From the NCBI GenBank assembly GCA_963920595.1, contig OY986947.1, positions 6,324,001-6,388,000 on the forward strand: DNA of 64,000 nucleotides, given 5' to 3'. The notes beneath the pieces were generated by a model. That model did not search any database, had not been told where the DNA came from, and saw only the letters and a program-made list of their open reading frames with translations. Positions 25,201 to 37,449 of this stretch are shown piece after piece (positions within the stretch are counted from its first letter, which is position 1; each line of letters starts with the position of its first letter). Origin of the DNA: Eimeria praecox (Eukaryota). A program made the position numbers and the translations under genes.

Positions 25201-25681
25201 CGAACGGTTCGGCCTGGTGGAGGTCCTGAATGTGCTGCGATTGCTTGTCCAGCTTGATCTGCTTCAGCACATGGACGGCAAGTTAGCAACGGAAGAAGCT
25301 CCGGCTCCTTATGGTCAGGAAGGCAGCGCCGAACATATAGCTGCAGGCTGTCATCCAGCACTTAGAGTTGCGCATGCATCGACGCCATCAGTCTCCGGCT
25401 TCCTGCGTTGCGCACTAGGGCAGTATTTGAACCTGGTCAGGAGGCAAGGCTTTGCTTTGCAGCCTGTAGAAGATGGCTGCAGTAAGCTTCGCTGGCCCGA
25501 AAGTGGCCGTGAAGGGGAGTTATCCGAGTCGTTAGAGTCCTTCGCTCAAGGCCTAATGCTAACCATAGTTTTGAAATATCCGGAGGAACTGCAAAGGCTT
25601 CCGAAAACCCTGACTAAACGCGTGCTTAAGCAGGCAGGTGTAACGCAGCTCTCTCAGTGCAGCTGGACAGCATTACGCTAG
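22229..25681 (+). CDS. Large intronless Ala/Gln/Leu-rich hypothetical protein with helical-repeat (HPR/OPR/RAP-like) motifs, possibly organelle-targeted
   Basis: The ORF is open from 22115 to 25681, and the first ATGs are at 22229 and 22283. It has CAG-derived poly-A/poly-Q tracts, an R/S-rich N-terminus and the motifs MSPAALASVCRSLAVAGL, AEPGEAAQIAEGLRLL and FGLVEVLNVLRLLVQLDL. The frame is preserved across the N gap. Confidence 0.8.
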   Translation: MQYVRSVDCTLRGPRFAGMSVAVRERALLTANVCFHSFKAHLVKHNGDSGICCSSPRLTVLENISRYGSGSYIHRNRPTRLPYTSFLGCRNLHNTVAEDAVASHATISRECFSEAPSLRAPDSRHCGEHSPSLMGRSSFPVHTPEDAVKLLHLVEAQQHTAVSRLKDAATQAAAAAAAAATTAAASAAVAQARAALAVVRRLGGLRAHLQRTSVRLQRLQQQHQHQHQQHQQFANSTPKGGSALTFGALTDTACSLPPTLAAQLRAGVDCLQTAARVSPLRDLLLLCCDLTQLCCCPPSLGSEALHRLLQLLQQVQRPQEPPELRAQEAALGLQLAALLVQQNAAEVAAAAGGQQTLSVLGSCIGRQQASIASAPASADASSSVDIPKEHSKSSLQEHHGAPEAGVREQGAMLQLSLLVSMQLLELLAHRKDMRRDLTLRTCVHTAQACALLASQEGIMRYMTLQQEAPEVFAAAVHLQLSSAFTAAHARRIASTALGLTSKQEALHALAESSSALLSQPSRVAISARSSDAAEVPCGASVPSGPFQQLRATADYDAASRLSAAALLRRIQQVLAPRLSALLLVEAARRRVLPGAGAQQQMPHEECXXXXXXXXXXXXXXXXXXXXXXXXXXXXXXXXXXXXXXXXXXXXXXXXXXXXXXXXXXXXXXXXXXXPHEECGWTNRLLGAAMSAAVRATPTYATRKKLVLLLLHRLKQQREQQQEQQQQAWSHGDGWLMAILQEICEVSAFHEQHRLALSNSKAVRMSPAALASVCRSLAVAGLSVNKGGLSFLFEQISISLFGCTGFDEMPSHRIPPLAGEVEGGDDKDSRAADAPALATAAPFADGWSVAASTKPAANSCPAAASAAVAETVAAYGSWCTVFWATAKILKASCDSVQPSGSSDLKLQRLFVRKMLESLVENIAAAEPGEAAQIAEGLRLLLLLGLKAETHASRNKESWEERRRPLVLRQRLVRAELLLKAVQGITSHFVEHHERFGLVEVLNVLRLLVQLDLLQHMDGKLATEEAPAPYGQEGSAEHIAAGCHPALRVAHASTPSVSGFLRCALGQYLNLVRRQGFALQPVEDGCSKLRWPESGREGELSESLESFAQGLMLTIVLKYPEELQRLPKTLTKRVLKQAGVTQLSQCSWTALR
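24047..24246. other. Assembly gap (200 N) with the same 16 bp on both flanks
   Basis: gccccatgaggaatgc occurs at 24031-24046 and again at 24247-24262. Confidence 0.95.
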
Positions 25682-27808
25682 ATGGCCTTTTGAATGCAAT
25701 GGCGCGGCGAGTCACCCACTAGCACTTGATAGGGTTGGGTGGAATAGGGGAAATTCCATTTCACCTCCTATGGCCTCATGCGGGTTTCGTTGGCAAACGC
25801 GGCTTCTCTTTTTTGTCGCAAGCTTCAGACCGTCGTTTCTGCCCTGCTGGGCTTATTTGAACGTACGGCACAGGGGGGTTTCCCGAAAAAGCATTATTAG
25901 ACGCAGCCGAACGAAGTCATAGAGAAAGACGGTCACTGCTGGGAGCTCCCAGGGATGTTAAAGCTATGATTTTTGCCGCAAATTTTGCAAACCCGAAGCA
26001 AGCTGTGATTCAGGAGTCGACCGCTAGTCTAGTAGAGGTGAATAGGGTTAGGGCATTTCGCTGACTGTTTGTGACTCCCGAACCGTGAGGTTTATAAAGT
26101 TAAAGTAAATACATACACTCAAGATTGCACCACCGCATTGCAGATTCACACTGTTTGCTGATAATTGCTCATGTACCACCGTAAAGCGAAATGAATCAAA
26201 GGAATGCTTGTCTTCAAGCTGGCTTGCAAGAGTTTTGAGCTTGTGTACGGCTTGCGCTGAATATAAGAAGAAATTTGCTTAGGCCTCTAGCCTTGAGCTG
26301 CGGCAGAGGGAGCCGCAGCACCTGACAGGCAAACGCCACTCCCCAGCGGTGCCCAGCCCCCGTGTACCTGCGTTCAGGACGCGTGGATACAGGCGTTTTG
26401 CGAAATATCCAACCAACTGTCTAAACTACGTGTTCCTCCTATATCCGGACCAGAGGAGCTGCTGAGGATGCTTGGAAGCATGAGTCCTTCGAGCTCTATG
26501 GAGCGGTTAGAAGGGGAGCAGGAGAAAGGATAGAAAATAATGTGAATTACTCATGCTGAATCTCAAGAGGATTGCCATTCTCTGAAGGACGAACTGGAAA
26601 AAAGTTTTCAGGTGCTGGCACCAACTTCGCACCTGACACCCACAAAACCTTTAGATTCGGCTGGAGCTTGAAACCAGTGGCTATTTCGCTGTTGTTTTTC
26701 ACGGAGATTGCAGAACAGGGTGTGCATTTTAAGTTGCAGTCGCAAATCAGGTGTTGTAGCAAAATTCCGTAGCCTATGCCATGGCCCGTCGTTGTGGTTT
26801 GCCCAGCGGTTGGCAGGCGTATCGACACTTGCATGTACGTTGACTTCTGAGAGCCAAGCCATTTCCTAACAACTGTCTACAGTCTAAGTACATGAAAACT
26901 GCCCCGTGTGTATGCCTGCATGCGGTGCTTTTTGATGTTGGAGTTGCAGCAAGACGCGCTGCAACTCATGACAGGACGCCGGCTCGTCACACCAAACTCA
27001 GGCCCTTGTGCCGCTGTATCGAGGGTGCTCAGAGAGCAGAGACGATGCCAGCTCCCTTTCAGAAAGTACCTTAGCGCATATCTTTCCACTCTTTCCGCTA
27101 ACTGCCATCTTCTGGTTAGGCCAAAAACCTCCTCACAGATAGTACCAGTACCTCTGGAACCTGCAAGCTGGAATGTTAGCTGTGCCAGGCCAGGGTCTGC
27201 AGGTATCACATACATATGACGCATTGTAGAGTCTGGTGGGAGGTCACTTCGGGGATAAGGCGGCAAACTACTTTGTTTTTCCCCTAGCGGTGAGCGCACA
27301 GAGACAACCTGCTGGCAAAGCTTCCTCGACGGTGAGTCCGTGAGGCAATTCATCGCCTGAAACTCAGCTATTAAACTTATTATATTGTCACCAGCATATA
27401 ATTGAACCAGACGTACATATAAGGATGTTATTCACCTATTTCTGTTGCCCGAAACAGTTTGCTGGCTCGACTGCGTTGGAGGGGCGCGATGTCGATTGAC
27501 TGTTTGTGCCCTGCTCTAAGGCTAGCCATCAGTTTTTGTGAAAGCTAACTTGAAATTAGTAGGATTTTCAACAAATGAACATTTCAGGCTCCACTACTGG
27601 ACTTGTTCCCTCGTATTAAGGGAGCACACCACTGGAGCCAGAGAGTCTCTAGCAACACTGAACTGACGCATGCACGGGCTGACGGCGTTCAGCGATTTGG
27701 AGACATTTGCGACAACCTGTGTTCTTAATACCTGAGAAGGATTTGTTTATATGGTTTTCTTTCCCTTGAAATTTGATTGAGAAAGCCAAAGTCGCTTTCC
27801 TACTAAAC

Positions 27809-28147
27809 ATGGAACGTCTTTTTTCACTCTTTCTATTCCCATCCCTGCTTCTCACAACGGTTGGTGCATACCAAAGCTCCAATGCAGCAAAGGATATTGA
27901 CTTTGGAGCGTCTAGGGAGCGCCCCTATAAAACTCTAGATGCTGTTAACCCTCCTAAACTCACCATCTCTGCAGAGAGGCATGCATCCCGCTCGTCACCT
28001 CTGGTCAAGCGATGTGCATTGGCCTTCACGCTGGCTGTGATCTTCAGCATAATGCTCTGCTTCAGAAAACTCTCTACCAGGGCGATTTTGCCTGTATCCA
28101 GTTTCACCGGACGGAGGCTCGCTGGTGGTGGCAAGGATACCTGCAAT
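27809..28147 (+). CDS. First exon of a signal-peptide + TM + RRLA-motif protein (coccidian secreted/exported-type hypothetical family); downstream exons unresolved
   Basis: aaacATG, then MERLFSLFLFPSLLLTTVGA (signal peptide-like), a hydrophobic CALAFTLAVIFSIMLCF segment, GRRLAGGGKDTCN and the donor AAT|GTAGGT at 28147/28148. Confidence 0.65.
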
Positions 28148-31100
28148 GTAGGTCACAAGCTTGGGTGCAACGGCTGCTTCAGTGATGCCGGCACTATGAA
28201 AGCATGGCAAGCATTGGCATTTTGCTGCATGCAACAAGAGGTCCATGAAAGAAGCAACTGCAGTGAACGTCTTGCTGATGGTTTATACTGGCCAACAACA
28301 TACTAAAAGACGGCGTCTTTGTTGCAGTTTAGTACGGGTTTCTTGCCATATTACTGTGAGGATCTTGACGTAGCTTGACACCCCCCCGCCGCAAAGCAAA
28401 TGCCACTGTGAATCTCGCCCTTTCACAAACTTTATGACGTGAAGAATTAACCAACTGAAAACACTTAATTGGCGAACTGAAAACATGGGTGGATAAAAAT
28501 GCGTACAGTCGAGTGTCTCTTTACGTTAATTTGTGCCTGAAAGGAGAGTGATTGACAGAGGACTGCTGAATCTGGAATAACGGGCTTAATACACACTTCC
28601 CATGCGAATGGTAAGATATTCGTGTCTGCGAGGAGCTGCTGTAGAGGCTTTGGAATTGTGCCGAGGGAATGCGACATTAGCCCGTAAGGCTTCTGTATGC
28701 CCAGTTGCGTTGGGCTGCTGGAACACCTGCAGTTTTATCTGTGCGCACGCTGTGAACGCGAGCATGATGAGGGGAGCTCCACTGGGTTGTGATATGTGTA
28801 GCGCAGTTGCGCGTTGTGCATGCGTTGCCAAGGGAGCACTAAGGAGGGATAAACTCGAAGATGAGTCAGCATAGAAACACGGGGCCCCTAAGTCTGTCGG
28901 TGACAACTGTGATAGGTTAAAGGGCGACGGGCATGATGGGTTAGAGCGCTGTGAAGCGTGCAAGCTCAACTGGGGAAGCATCTGTGTTTTGGTTATGGGC
29001 TATGAGCAGTTTGAGAAAGGGGATAAGCAGGCTCCCTCTAGGCGCATGCTGCAACTAGTGTTCTGACTGTAAACTGGTATGACTGTTACCCTGATTGTAA
29101 AGTTTTTTTGGATGGCAGTGTAACCACGCAGTTAGCGTATCAAAGGCGCACTGCGTCCAAACACTTGACGGATGCTCGAGCGCTCAGGTGAAAACGCGTG
29201 AACGCTGTTAACTGTGCACTATTTGGAAGCGAGCAAATGCAGCATATAGGATATGCCACCTGGTAGGTGTCATATACAGCACCACACGAAAATAGCGACT
29301 GCGCATGGCGAAGGAGTAGTTGACAGTTGCCGAAGCTGCTTGATCGGAAGAAACACGAAAATCTTGCTATGGCTCTTGCTCTCACCTGCAGCATCTTCTG
29401 TGTAGTCCTTGGCTCGTATAACCGATGGGGCACAGGTAGGTAAGCTATTGGGGAACTCAGCAACAAGATACAGATGGCGCCTTTCATGGAAGAATGACCC
29501 ACGGCATGGGGATGCGTGAATGTTAAGCACATTTGCAGTAAGGTAGCGCATCCTCAAGGATCGTTTACAGGAACTTCCGCTTCGTGCTGAGTAAGCGTAG
29601 TGATTAGCATGAGGAATGTCGATGCTGTGTGCGTAGCTGTGGAGACAAATGCCATATGCGGCATCTTCGTCCCACAAGAAGGAATGTTCGCATTCTCCTT
29701 TAAGGCCTGTTTCGCCTATCGAGCTGGCAAAATACCTTGTTTTGGCCATGCTTCGGACGAGCTAGCAACTTGAGGCATGCGGCAAAATTCTCGCAAGAAC
29801 TGCAGAATATTGCAGACTTTCTAACTGCGCGATAAGGTCCATCTGAGGGAGTCACAAAGGTTCTAGCGGAACTGCAGGGGCCTGCAACACTGAAGTTGGT
29901 AAAGGTAAGCTCTAGCTTCCCTGGCATGCCTTGTGCTCTTTTGGCATTGCAGGTCTTCCAGTCAATGAGCTCTTGGCAAGCTGGTGGTGTATTTTACCGC
30001 AGCATCATCGAGGACGTTGATAAGCATGAGCAAAAGCCAAGTACACGTGTAGTGTACTTCCATCGAAGGATGCCTTCAGGTGGGCGACCTGTGAGGACAT
30101 TGCACGCCTTTGTGCAATCGTGTACTGACACATTCCAAAGGTAACCGCTGCAGCCTACATAGAGTCTACACTTTTGTCGATGAGAAGGTCAGAATTTGTA
30201 ACTTGTAACCCACTCATTGATTCCTACATAAATCAATACAACACCTCGGTTGGATGCACTGCATCGTTTGGGTGCCCTGTAGTTTCAGCTACTCAGCGAC
30301 AAATTCAAATCCTGCGTGCACGAGCCCCATGTAAAGGGGAACGAGTGTTCATTTGGACCAGTGCAACGGATGCCACAGAAGGTCGGAGAGTTGTGCACCG
30401 TCTGATATGCGTTAGGGCGGGGATGATGCCAGGCCTGTCGTCTGTGGCGGATTACACGGCAAAGCGGGGAAATAGAAGGGTTCTAAGACGACTCTGCATT
30501 TTGTGGAAATTTTGAGCAGCTGAGGGAAGCTGGATTTAATGGCTTGGTTAGAAGTGTTGAGAAACCGAAGAGAGGTAACAGGGAGGTTTTTTGCCGTGGT
30601 GAACGCCTGCGCTTGTTCAGTAGGGCACGCTGAAACGCTGCCTGATAAAATTCTGTTGAGGGGATGCTTGCATTGCCAACAAGTATGTTGCGCATGAAAC
30701 TACGTCGCGTCTACCGAACATAGAGACATCCACGGAGCAGGGGTGTTTCGTGAGTGGCAAATCGGTGGATGGCTTCTTGCAAACGGCAGATGCTTTGCTG
30801 CAGAGGGAGAGACCCACAAGCCGGCACACTGCCAGTTCGCAGCGGGTGGATGAATCCAGTGCTCTGCTGGCACGTTGGGTTGTAGTGGCGCCTGGAGTAA
30901 CGAATAATTCTGTTCAAACTTTAGACAGCTGCGAAACGATCACACTTTGAGGTACGCCAGCGGCTTGACAAGCTGCTTGCGGGCTACCTTCAGTATTCGC
31001 CGTCGTTTGCCGGTTTAGAATTTGTATATTATGAACCATGAACAAGATTGCGGCTAGCCGTGGAAGGCATTGTTGACCGGTTTTCCCGAGGATATGCACT

Positions 31101-31522
31101 ATCCAGCCCCCCTTGCATTTGCTGTGCTGTGGCGCAAAATCTCGTATGTCCATGCGCAGGACTGGGCGAGAAGATTCTTCCCACAGTGTTGGCTTAGACA
31201 TCTGCGTAGCGTCTCTGTGAGTGATACGCTTTCAGTGCACTCTGAGCAGTCCTGGAAAGAAGAAGCGCAGAAAGCCTGCTTTTGTATATTTTGCGTCCAG
31301 CATGTTTATGGCCAGACGCACCTCAAGCATGCACGCAGCGTAGCAAAACGATTCTGAAGATCTTGGGGGCTCGCTTCGTTCCGTATGCCGCATGCGGCAG
31401 AAGGCACGCGTGTGGCCTTTCATAAAGTTGCCTTGCCATTTTTGCCTTGCAGAAATGTCCTCTTCACTATAGGGACTCATGCTACTGTTACTGATATGCT
31501 TCAGCCCGTTACACAATACGCA

Positions 31523-31524
<2 letters not shown>

Positions 31525-31597
<73 letters not shown>
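31525..31597. repeat. (TA)n microsatellite; a second tract lies at 33405-33473
   Basis: Direct inspection. Confidence 0.95.
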
Positions 31598-31600
<3 letters not shown>

Positions 31601-31627
31601 GAAAGCTTATGAAGAAAGCTTAATGAA

Positions 31628-32596
31628 TGCATCAGTTTATACGGAATCTTCGTATATGTAGCACTAAATGTGCTTTTAGGCGAAGCCATTCTTTGTCCAT
31701 ACAAAGCATATGAAGAGCCTCAAAAAGCCTCTACCTTGGAATGCTCGATGGGATTTCACCATGGGATGCGCGTTGATAAAAAAGGTGACAGAATCTGCAT
31801 CAGATGCAGAACCTGCTTGGGGCAGAGAGTACGCATGGGGATTTCCTTGCTGTAGCATTCATTGGTCGGAATTATTTATTTCTTACACGCTGTTCTGTAG
31901 TGTGTGGCGCTGCCGTACACTGGCTTGCTGTCTTGCAGTCTCCATAGTCCATTCGTGAACTGCATGTGGTGCCTGCATCAGTTTATACGGAATCAATCTT
32001 CGTATATGTAGCACTAAATGTGCTTTTGTACGGAGCCATTCTTTGTCCGTGCAAAGCATATGAAGAGCCTCAAGGAGCCTCTACCTTGGAATGCTCGATG
32101 GGATTTCACCATGGGATGCGCGTTGATAAAAAGGGTGGCAGAATCTGCATCAGATGCAGAATCTGCATGGAACAGAGAGTGCGCATGGGGATTTCCTTGC
32201 TGTAGCATTCATTGGTCGGAATTATTTATTTCTTACACGCTGTTCTGTAGTGTGTGGCGCTGCCGTACACTGGCTTGCTGTCTCGCAGTCTCCATTGTTC
32301 ATTCTTTTGCCGCATATGGTGCCTGCATCAGTTTATACGGAATCAATCTTCGTATATGTAGTACTAAATGTGCTTTTATACGGAGCTATTCTTTGTCCAT
32401 GCAAAGCATATGAAGAGCCTCAAGGAGCCTCTACCTTGGAATGCTCGATGGGATTTCACCATGGGATGCGCGTTGATAACAAGGGTGGCAGAATCTGCAT
32501 CAGAACCTGCATGGGGCAGAGAGTACGCATGGGGATTTCCCTGCTGTAGCATTCACAGGTCGGAATTACAAATTTCTTACACGCTATTCTATAGTG
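31628..32596. repeat. Tandem repeat, about 2.8 copies of a ~350-bp unit
   Basis: The unit start tgcatcagtttatacggaatc occurs at 31628, 31974 and 32324. The copies differ by scattered SNPs and 4- and 6-bp indels. Confidence 0.95.
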
Positions 32597-33401
32597 AGTA
32601 GAGGTGGCCAAAAGCGGGCCTAATCGGGAGCCTCTCCATGATAATATAAGGAGGAAAAATTGCTTTTTGACTGCATGCACTCATGTACAGTACAGTTCAT
32701 CGTCAGGGGGGCCAAAGCGTTCTGGTGCTTGTGTCCTGCATGGACGGGCCACACTGAAACCGCAATTGTGTGGTCTCTCTAGATGGCGCATGCATGGGCT
32801 CATGCGGAATTGACTTCCGACTACTTAATATGTGCGAAGCGCACCATGAAGTTTACAGCGGTGGATGGGTTTGTAGCGTGGGATACAGGGTATGCAATTG
32901 GTACCATAGTCTGCCCTGGACGCGTACGATGCACCACACAGGCTGCACTAATATATACACGGATAAGCTATGGCACGGAAAGGAGGGAGCGTGCATTAAT
33001 GTGCATGGAGACGGCTAATGCTGAGCGCTTTTCGGGTCCAAACAGATGAGATGAGTGCAACTCCAAAGAAAAGCCCTTACAGGCGTTGGCACAGGCACTC
33101 GAGGTTTATCGGTTCAATCCCGTATGGCATAAACCAAGTAAACGTGAAGCAGAAAGTACATGTAAACATGCTGGACATTTTAGTCTCACTGTGCGAGCCA
33201 ACCGGATTATACGTAGGGCTGATGTGTATGGCAGGTTATGGACAATTAGTCGCTGCGTGGCATCTGCAGTTCCGGAGCATGGAGGATATTCCGTTCAAAT
33301 CTATGCCGTGCAACTACCAGCACATATCTCACATCGTAGCCATCGAACTGCAAACTTCCTGGGTGAGCGCTTGGCAAGCACGCAGCAGAGGCTAGACATG
33401 T

Positions 33402-33475
<74 letters not shown>

Positions 33476-36400
33476 CATCAAGTTTGCTAATCGCTGACCA
33501 GGGAGTACGTGCATATATTTATATGAACCACATGCTGTTCGCTATCACAAGCCAACATACTCGAAGCGTGAACAGATCGGCGGTGGGGTCCGTGCGCGTG
33601 CCAAGCTTAAGTGGAGCAGGTGCTGCGTGAAGTGTAGCGTCGAGACATTGAAGAGAACTCCTCTAGATAAAGGCCATGCTAATGCAAGCATTCAGCATAC
33701 ACTGCAGGCATCAAGAAGTATGTTGTTCAATGCATTCACAATGCACTGGAGATTCTGATGCATTCCTGAAGCTTAGTAGTAGACTGGAGCCTATAAGCCG
33801 CCTGGTGGGCTTGACTGCAAAGCACATGAATACTTTTGAGAACTGCTGCTCGTCGACAATGACACGGCATCTCTACTGATGTATCTGGAATTTAGGGTTA
33901 TGGCCTCTTCAGCCTTCTTCCCTGCTACTGTAGATGCGTGAAATCATTTTCTGAGCACACGTGGAAGCGTAGTGAGTATTTTCGCGGATAGGAGTGGTTT
34001 TAAGCCTTTGTTTGCGGTATGTGCTAGCTTGTGAGCTGCAGGCATGCTTCGAAACAGATCAGCGCTTGCAGAATCGATGACACTCATTGAGCATAGATGA
34101 GAAGCTAACAACGCTTCATTGCTGAAAGACCTTGCATGAAAGTATCTTCTTATTGAGGGCTTCACTCAGCAGATGTAGCACGGAGGCCTCGATATCCCCC
34201 AGCGTTACTTGGGTTCCCCCTGTTGGAGGTCAACTTTAAAGCATATGCGCAAGTGGCTGGTTGCTCATACTGCTTGTGGGAAGAAACCGTAATGAATTGC
34301 ATAGTCATGTTTGGTAGAAGCTACGGCGCAGAAAGTGAGTTTGGACTGGCGGTTGTGGAGAGGTGCCAAGGAGCTGAACAATTGCTGTAAATCCTCCGAA
34401 TGCAACGATTTTGGTCAATATATGGCCTCGATTTCCCCGGGCAGGAAGACGATGACTGCACTTCGGTTGCTTCTGGCAATGCGGGGAAGCGGGGCCCAGA
34501 TGTTCATGCAACAGTGGGATTAAACAATCAACTGCCTCTGCCTTCGGCAAGCGCCTTCAAGCTCTGACTTGATATCCACTGAATGTGCTCGCACAGGCCG
34601 TAAGGCTGCACGGTCCAAGCGTGGCTGGCTCTGGAAGAGCTAGGCATATGGTGCGATGGGCAGACCACTTGCTTGTGGCATACGGTACGAGCACTCTAGT
34701 GATGAAGAAACAAGCCAAATAGCATTGCCCATTACCCATGTACGCATAGCATATACGATGTGGGTAAAATAACTTATGGGCTGCAGTGAAATGGTATCGC
34801 ATGGCGAACTTATCCAGACCCAACAGGACATTTCCTGATGACCCTGCGGCATCGAGTAATACGCTGAGTATGCCTGGCAAAGCAAGCGTTGGCATGTTGA
34901 GCTTTTTTTTTCAATATTCCACTCACGCATCCCGCTTCTGCGCATTCGAAGGTAGGGCAGAACCTGCGTGCCTGTGAGTTTGGTGAGCGACTTGCCAATC
35001 AGTGAGCTATGCAGCGTTCGGCAACGGAATGAAATAGATAGTGCGCTCCAAATGCTGACGAGAACGTTTGCCGTCATGGTGTGCACACACAGATGTTCTG
35101 CAGTGCTCTGGAGAGGAGCAGGTGAGGGCGCTCAGACTCAGGAAAGGTTACAGACTGTTTCGTGGAATCCAGAATCCCACGCGGCTGCTTCAAAACCCGT
35201 TATTCAGTGCAATGCAAGGCAAACATACAGCAAGTGCGGGTGGATGCTAGGTGATGCGCTGGAGGACAGTGCAAGTCAGCAAGAACCTTTTTGTAGGACT
35301 TGTAGTGGGCCAAGCACTTTAATTCAGATGATTCCCGCTTATTTCCTAAAATCAACAGGACGTATGCCTGAAAACGTGATGGCGGTTTGGGACTGGCACA
35401 CTGCTCTGTGATCGAATGCCGGGAAAGCTAAGTGTTAGCTGGTTTTGAAGGGCCACGGATATGAAGGATATATGCCGCGCCGAACTGCGAATTACACAGT
35501 TGGTAAGCACTGTGAAAGGCTTGCGCCTAATCAGCACAGCAATCCTAGATGCGTCAGCTCGTTATCGGCAACAGAATATCTGATGGACCTTGCATGCGGG
35601 AGCCGTACAAAAGCACTAGGTTACACAAGAGCATCAAGTTCTCTTTATCCTCCAAAGGGTGCTCAGTGTGCACATGAGAACCTTCTTTACTGATCGAAGC
35701 TTTTCGTGCCAAACCAGAACGGCGTGGTGAAGCAAAGCATGAGATTTTGCACGGCATAAAGCTTTGTGGGCTGGGGCCCTTTCGCGAATGGTGGCGTACT
35801 GCCTGGGAATAACAAGTAATCCTGGTTCGGTGGAGCAGCTTTTATTTTCATAGGCTTTATTATGCAGCTTGAACAAGCTAGTCGTTCCTTTTCAACAAAT
35901 GCCTTTAAGGATGCTACAGCACTCATTTAGGTTCCTACGCGTGGCACAGTTCACGCTTAAGCGACACGACTAACTTGCAGAAGTGCCGTAGCCATTGCTA
36001 AGATAATAGCATGCCAGCGTGAAGCAGGCTGTGCGTTTTTTGAAAGCTTGGCTCGTGCAAACAGGCAATTGCACACGATGCATCACCCAAGTTCCAGCTG
36101 TTCTCTGCTCATGAGCACAGGTTCTCATGAAGCGTGTCTAAGGCTGAGGCACAATTCATCTAGCAGCACCTCCTGCGTAAGACAGAACAAAGTATTATTT
36201 CTGGGCTATATAGACGTGGGCGGCCTAATGTTTAATGCACATTCTCAGCTGTACAACTTGCTGAAGTGAAACTTGAGCTCATCGGTACCTGGTGCATCCA
36301 CGTCTCTAGGATCGCGGTTGTGGCGTGGAAATGCGTTCAATCCAAAATCTTCCCGATGCAGGCAGTACGCCCCTCGGTTGTGTAGATGGCAATTAGCATG

Positions 36401-37449
36401 CAAAACAGGCACCACCAGCCCTTGTAAACAGCAAGTCTCTTTCCATTAATGTACCTCCTCTATGGTATGGAGCACATGTGTGCTGTGCAGGCAGTTCGTT
36501 CATCGCGCACTGAACCCGTTTCAGTTTGAGCAGGTACCGGTTAGATGGGGTATGGGGTGATGCCACCACTTCACTGGTGTGCGCCTACTCTAGGTGGAGC
36601 CCGTAGTCTGTGAATATGCGTGCCTCAGTATGTGCGTCTACTTTTCAAGCGTTTTTCGCGGTCATCCTAGACTCAAAATATTGGTCCTTGGCCCTAGACA
36701 CTTTCAGGACAGGAGGAATGCCAATCTGACCCAGTAGCAATGCCCGTACTGCTCGGTTGCAAGGTAATGCTCAACGGTGCAATGCTATTGGGAATTCGAG
36801 CCCCCAAGTCAAGCGAAGCAAGGGTTAGAGACAGCAATAAACTCTTATGATCCTAGGATTCAGTTCTGCTGTGATCTGTTCCTTCATGAGGACTGGGGGA
36901 GCATATAAGCATATTGCAACTCCAGGAGGAGGCCGCAGGGCTTCAGCCGTTCGTTATGCATGGCTCTGCTCGGTACAGCACGTGCGTAGGAATGTTGGCC
37001 AAATTTTGTGTAGGCGTGCGAAACGGCCTAGTATTCGTCATGCAGGGGTAGCGCTTTGCAGATAGTGCAAACCGTACTGACAACGGTGTTGTACGCTCCA
37101 GGAAGTGTGTTCAGCTGTAACACGAGCCGCTCCATGCCTCAACACAGACTGAAGCAGACTCAGCAATGCAGGTTGTTAGAGGGTGTCTTGCAGACGTGCC
37201 ATGCGAGTGCACTAAATGACGAATGGGCAACAAGCATGCAATCTCCCGTACCGTGGGAAAAGATTGAACTGTGCTGCGTAGCATTTTGATTAAACGGCCA
37301 GATGGTACGTTTGCATACGACGCCTGGCGGCGGGAGTCTGCACCTCGGCGACGCCTGTCACTGCAGGCGATGATTACGGCGCATCTGTGTTGCCCATATC
37401 CATAAATCAAGACTGACTGAGCATAATAAGAGGCCGAGTAGACAGCCTG

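Noticed and set aside
21061..25361. Antisense ORFs over the Faf1-like and helical-repeat genes
   Set aside because: These are shadow ORFs of GC-rich, CAG-rich coding sequence.
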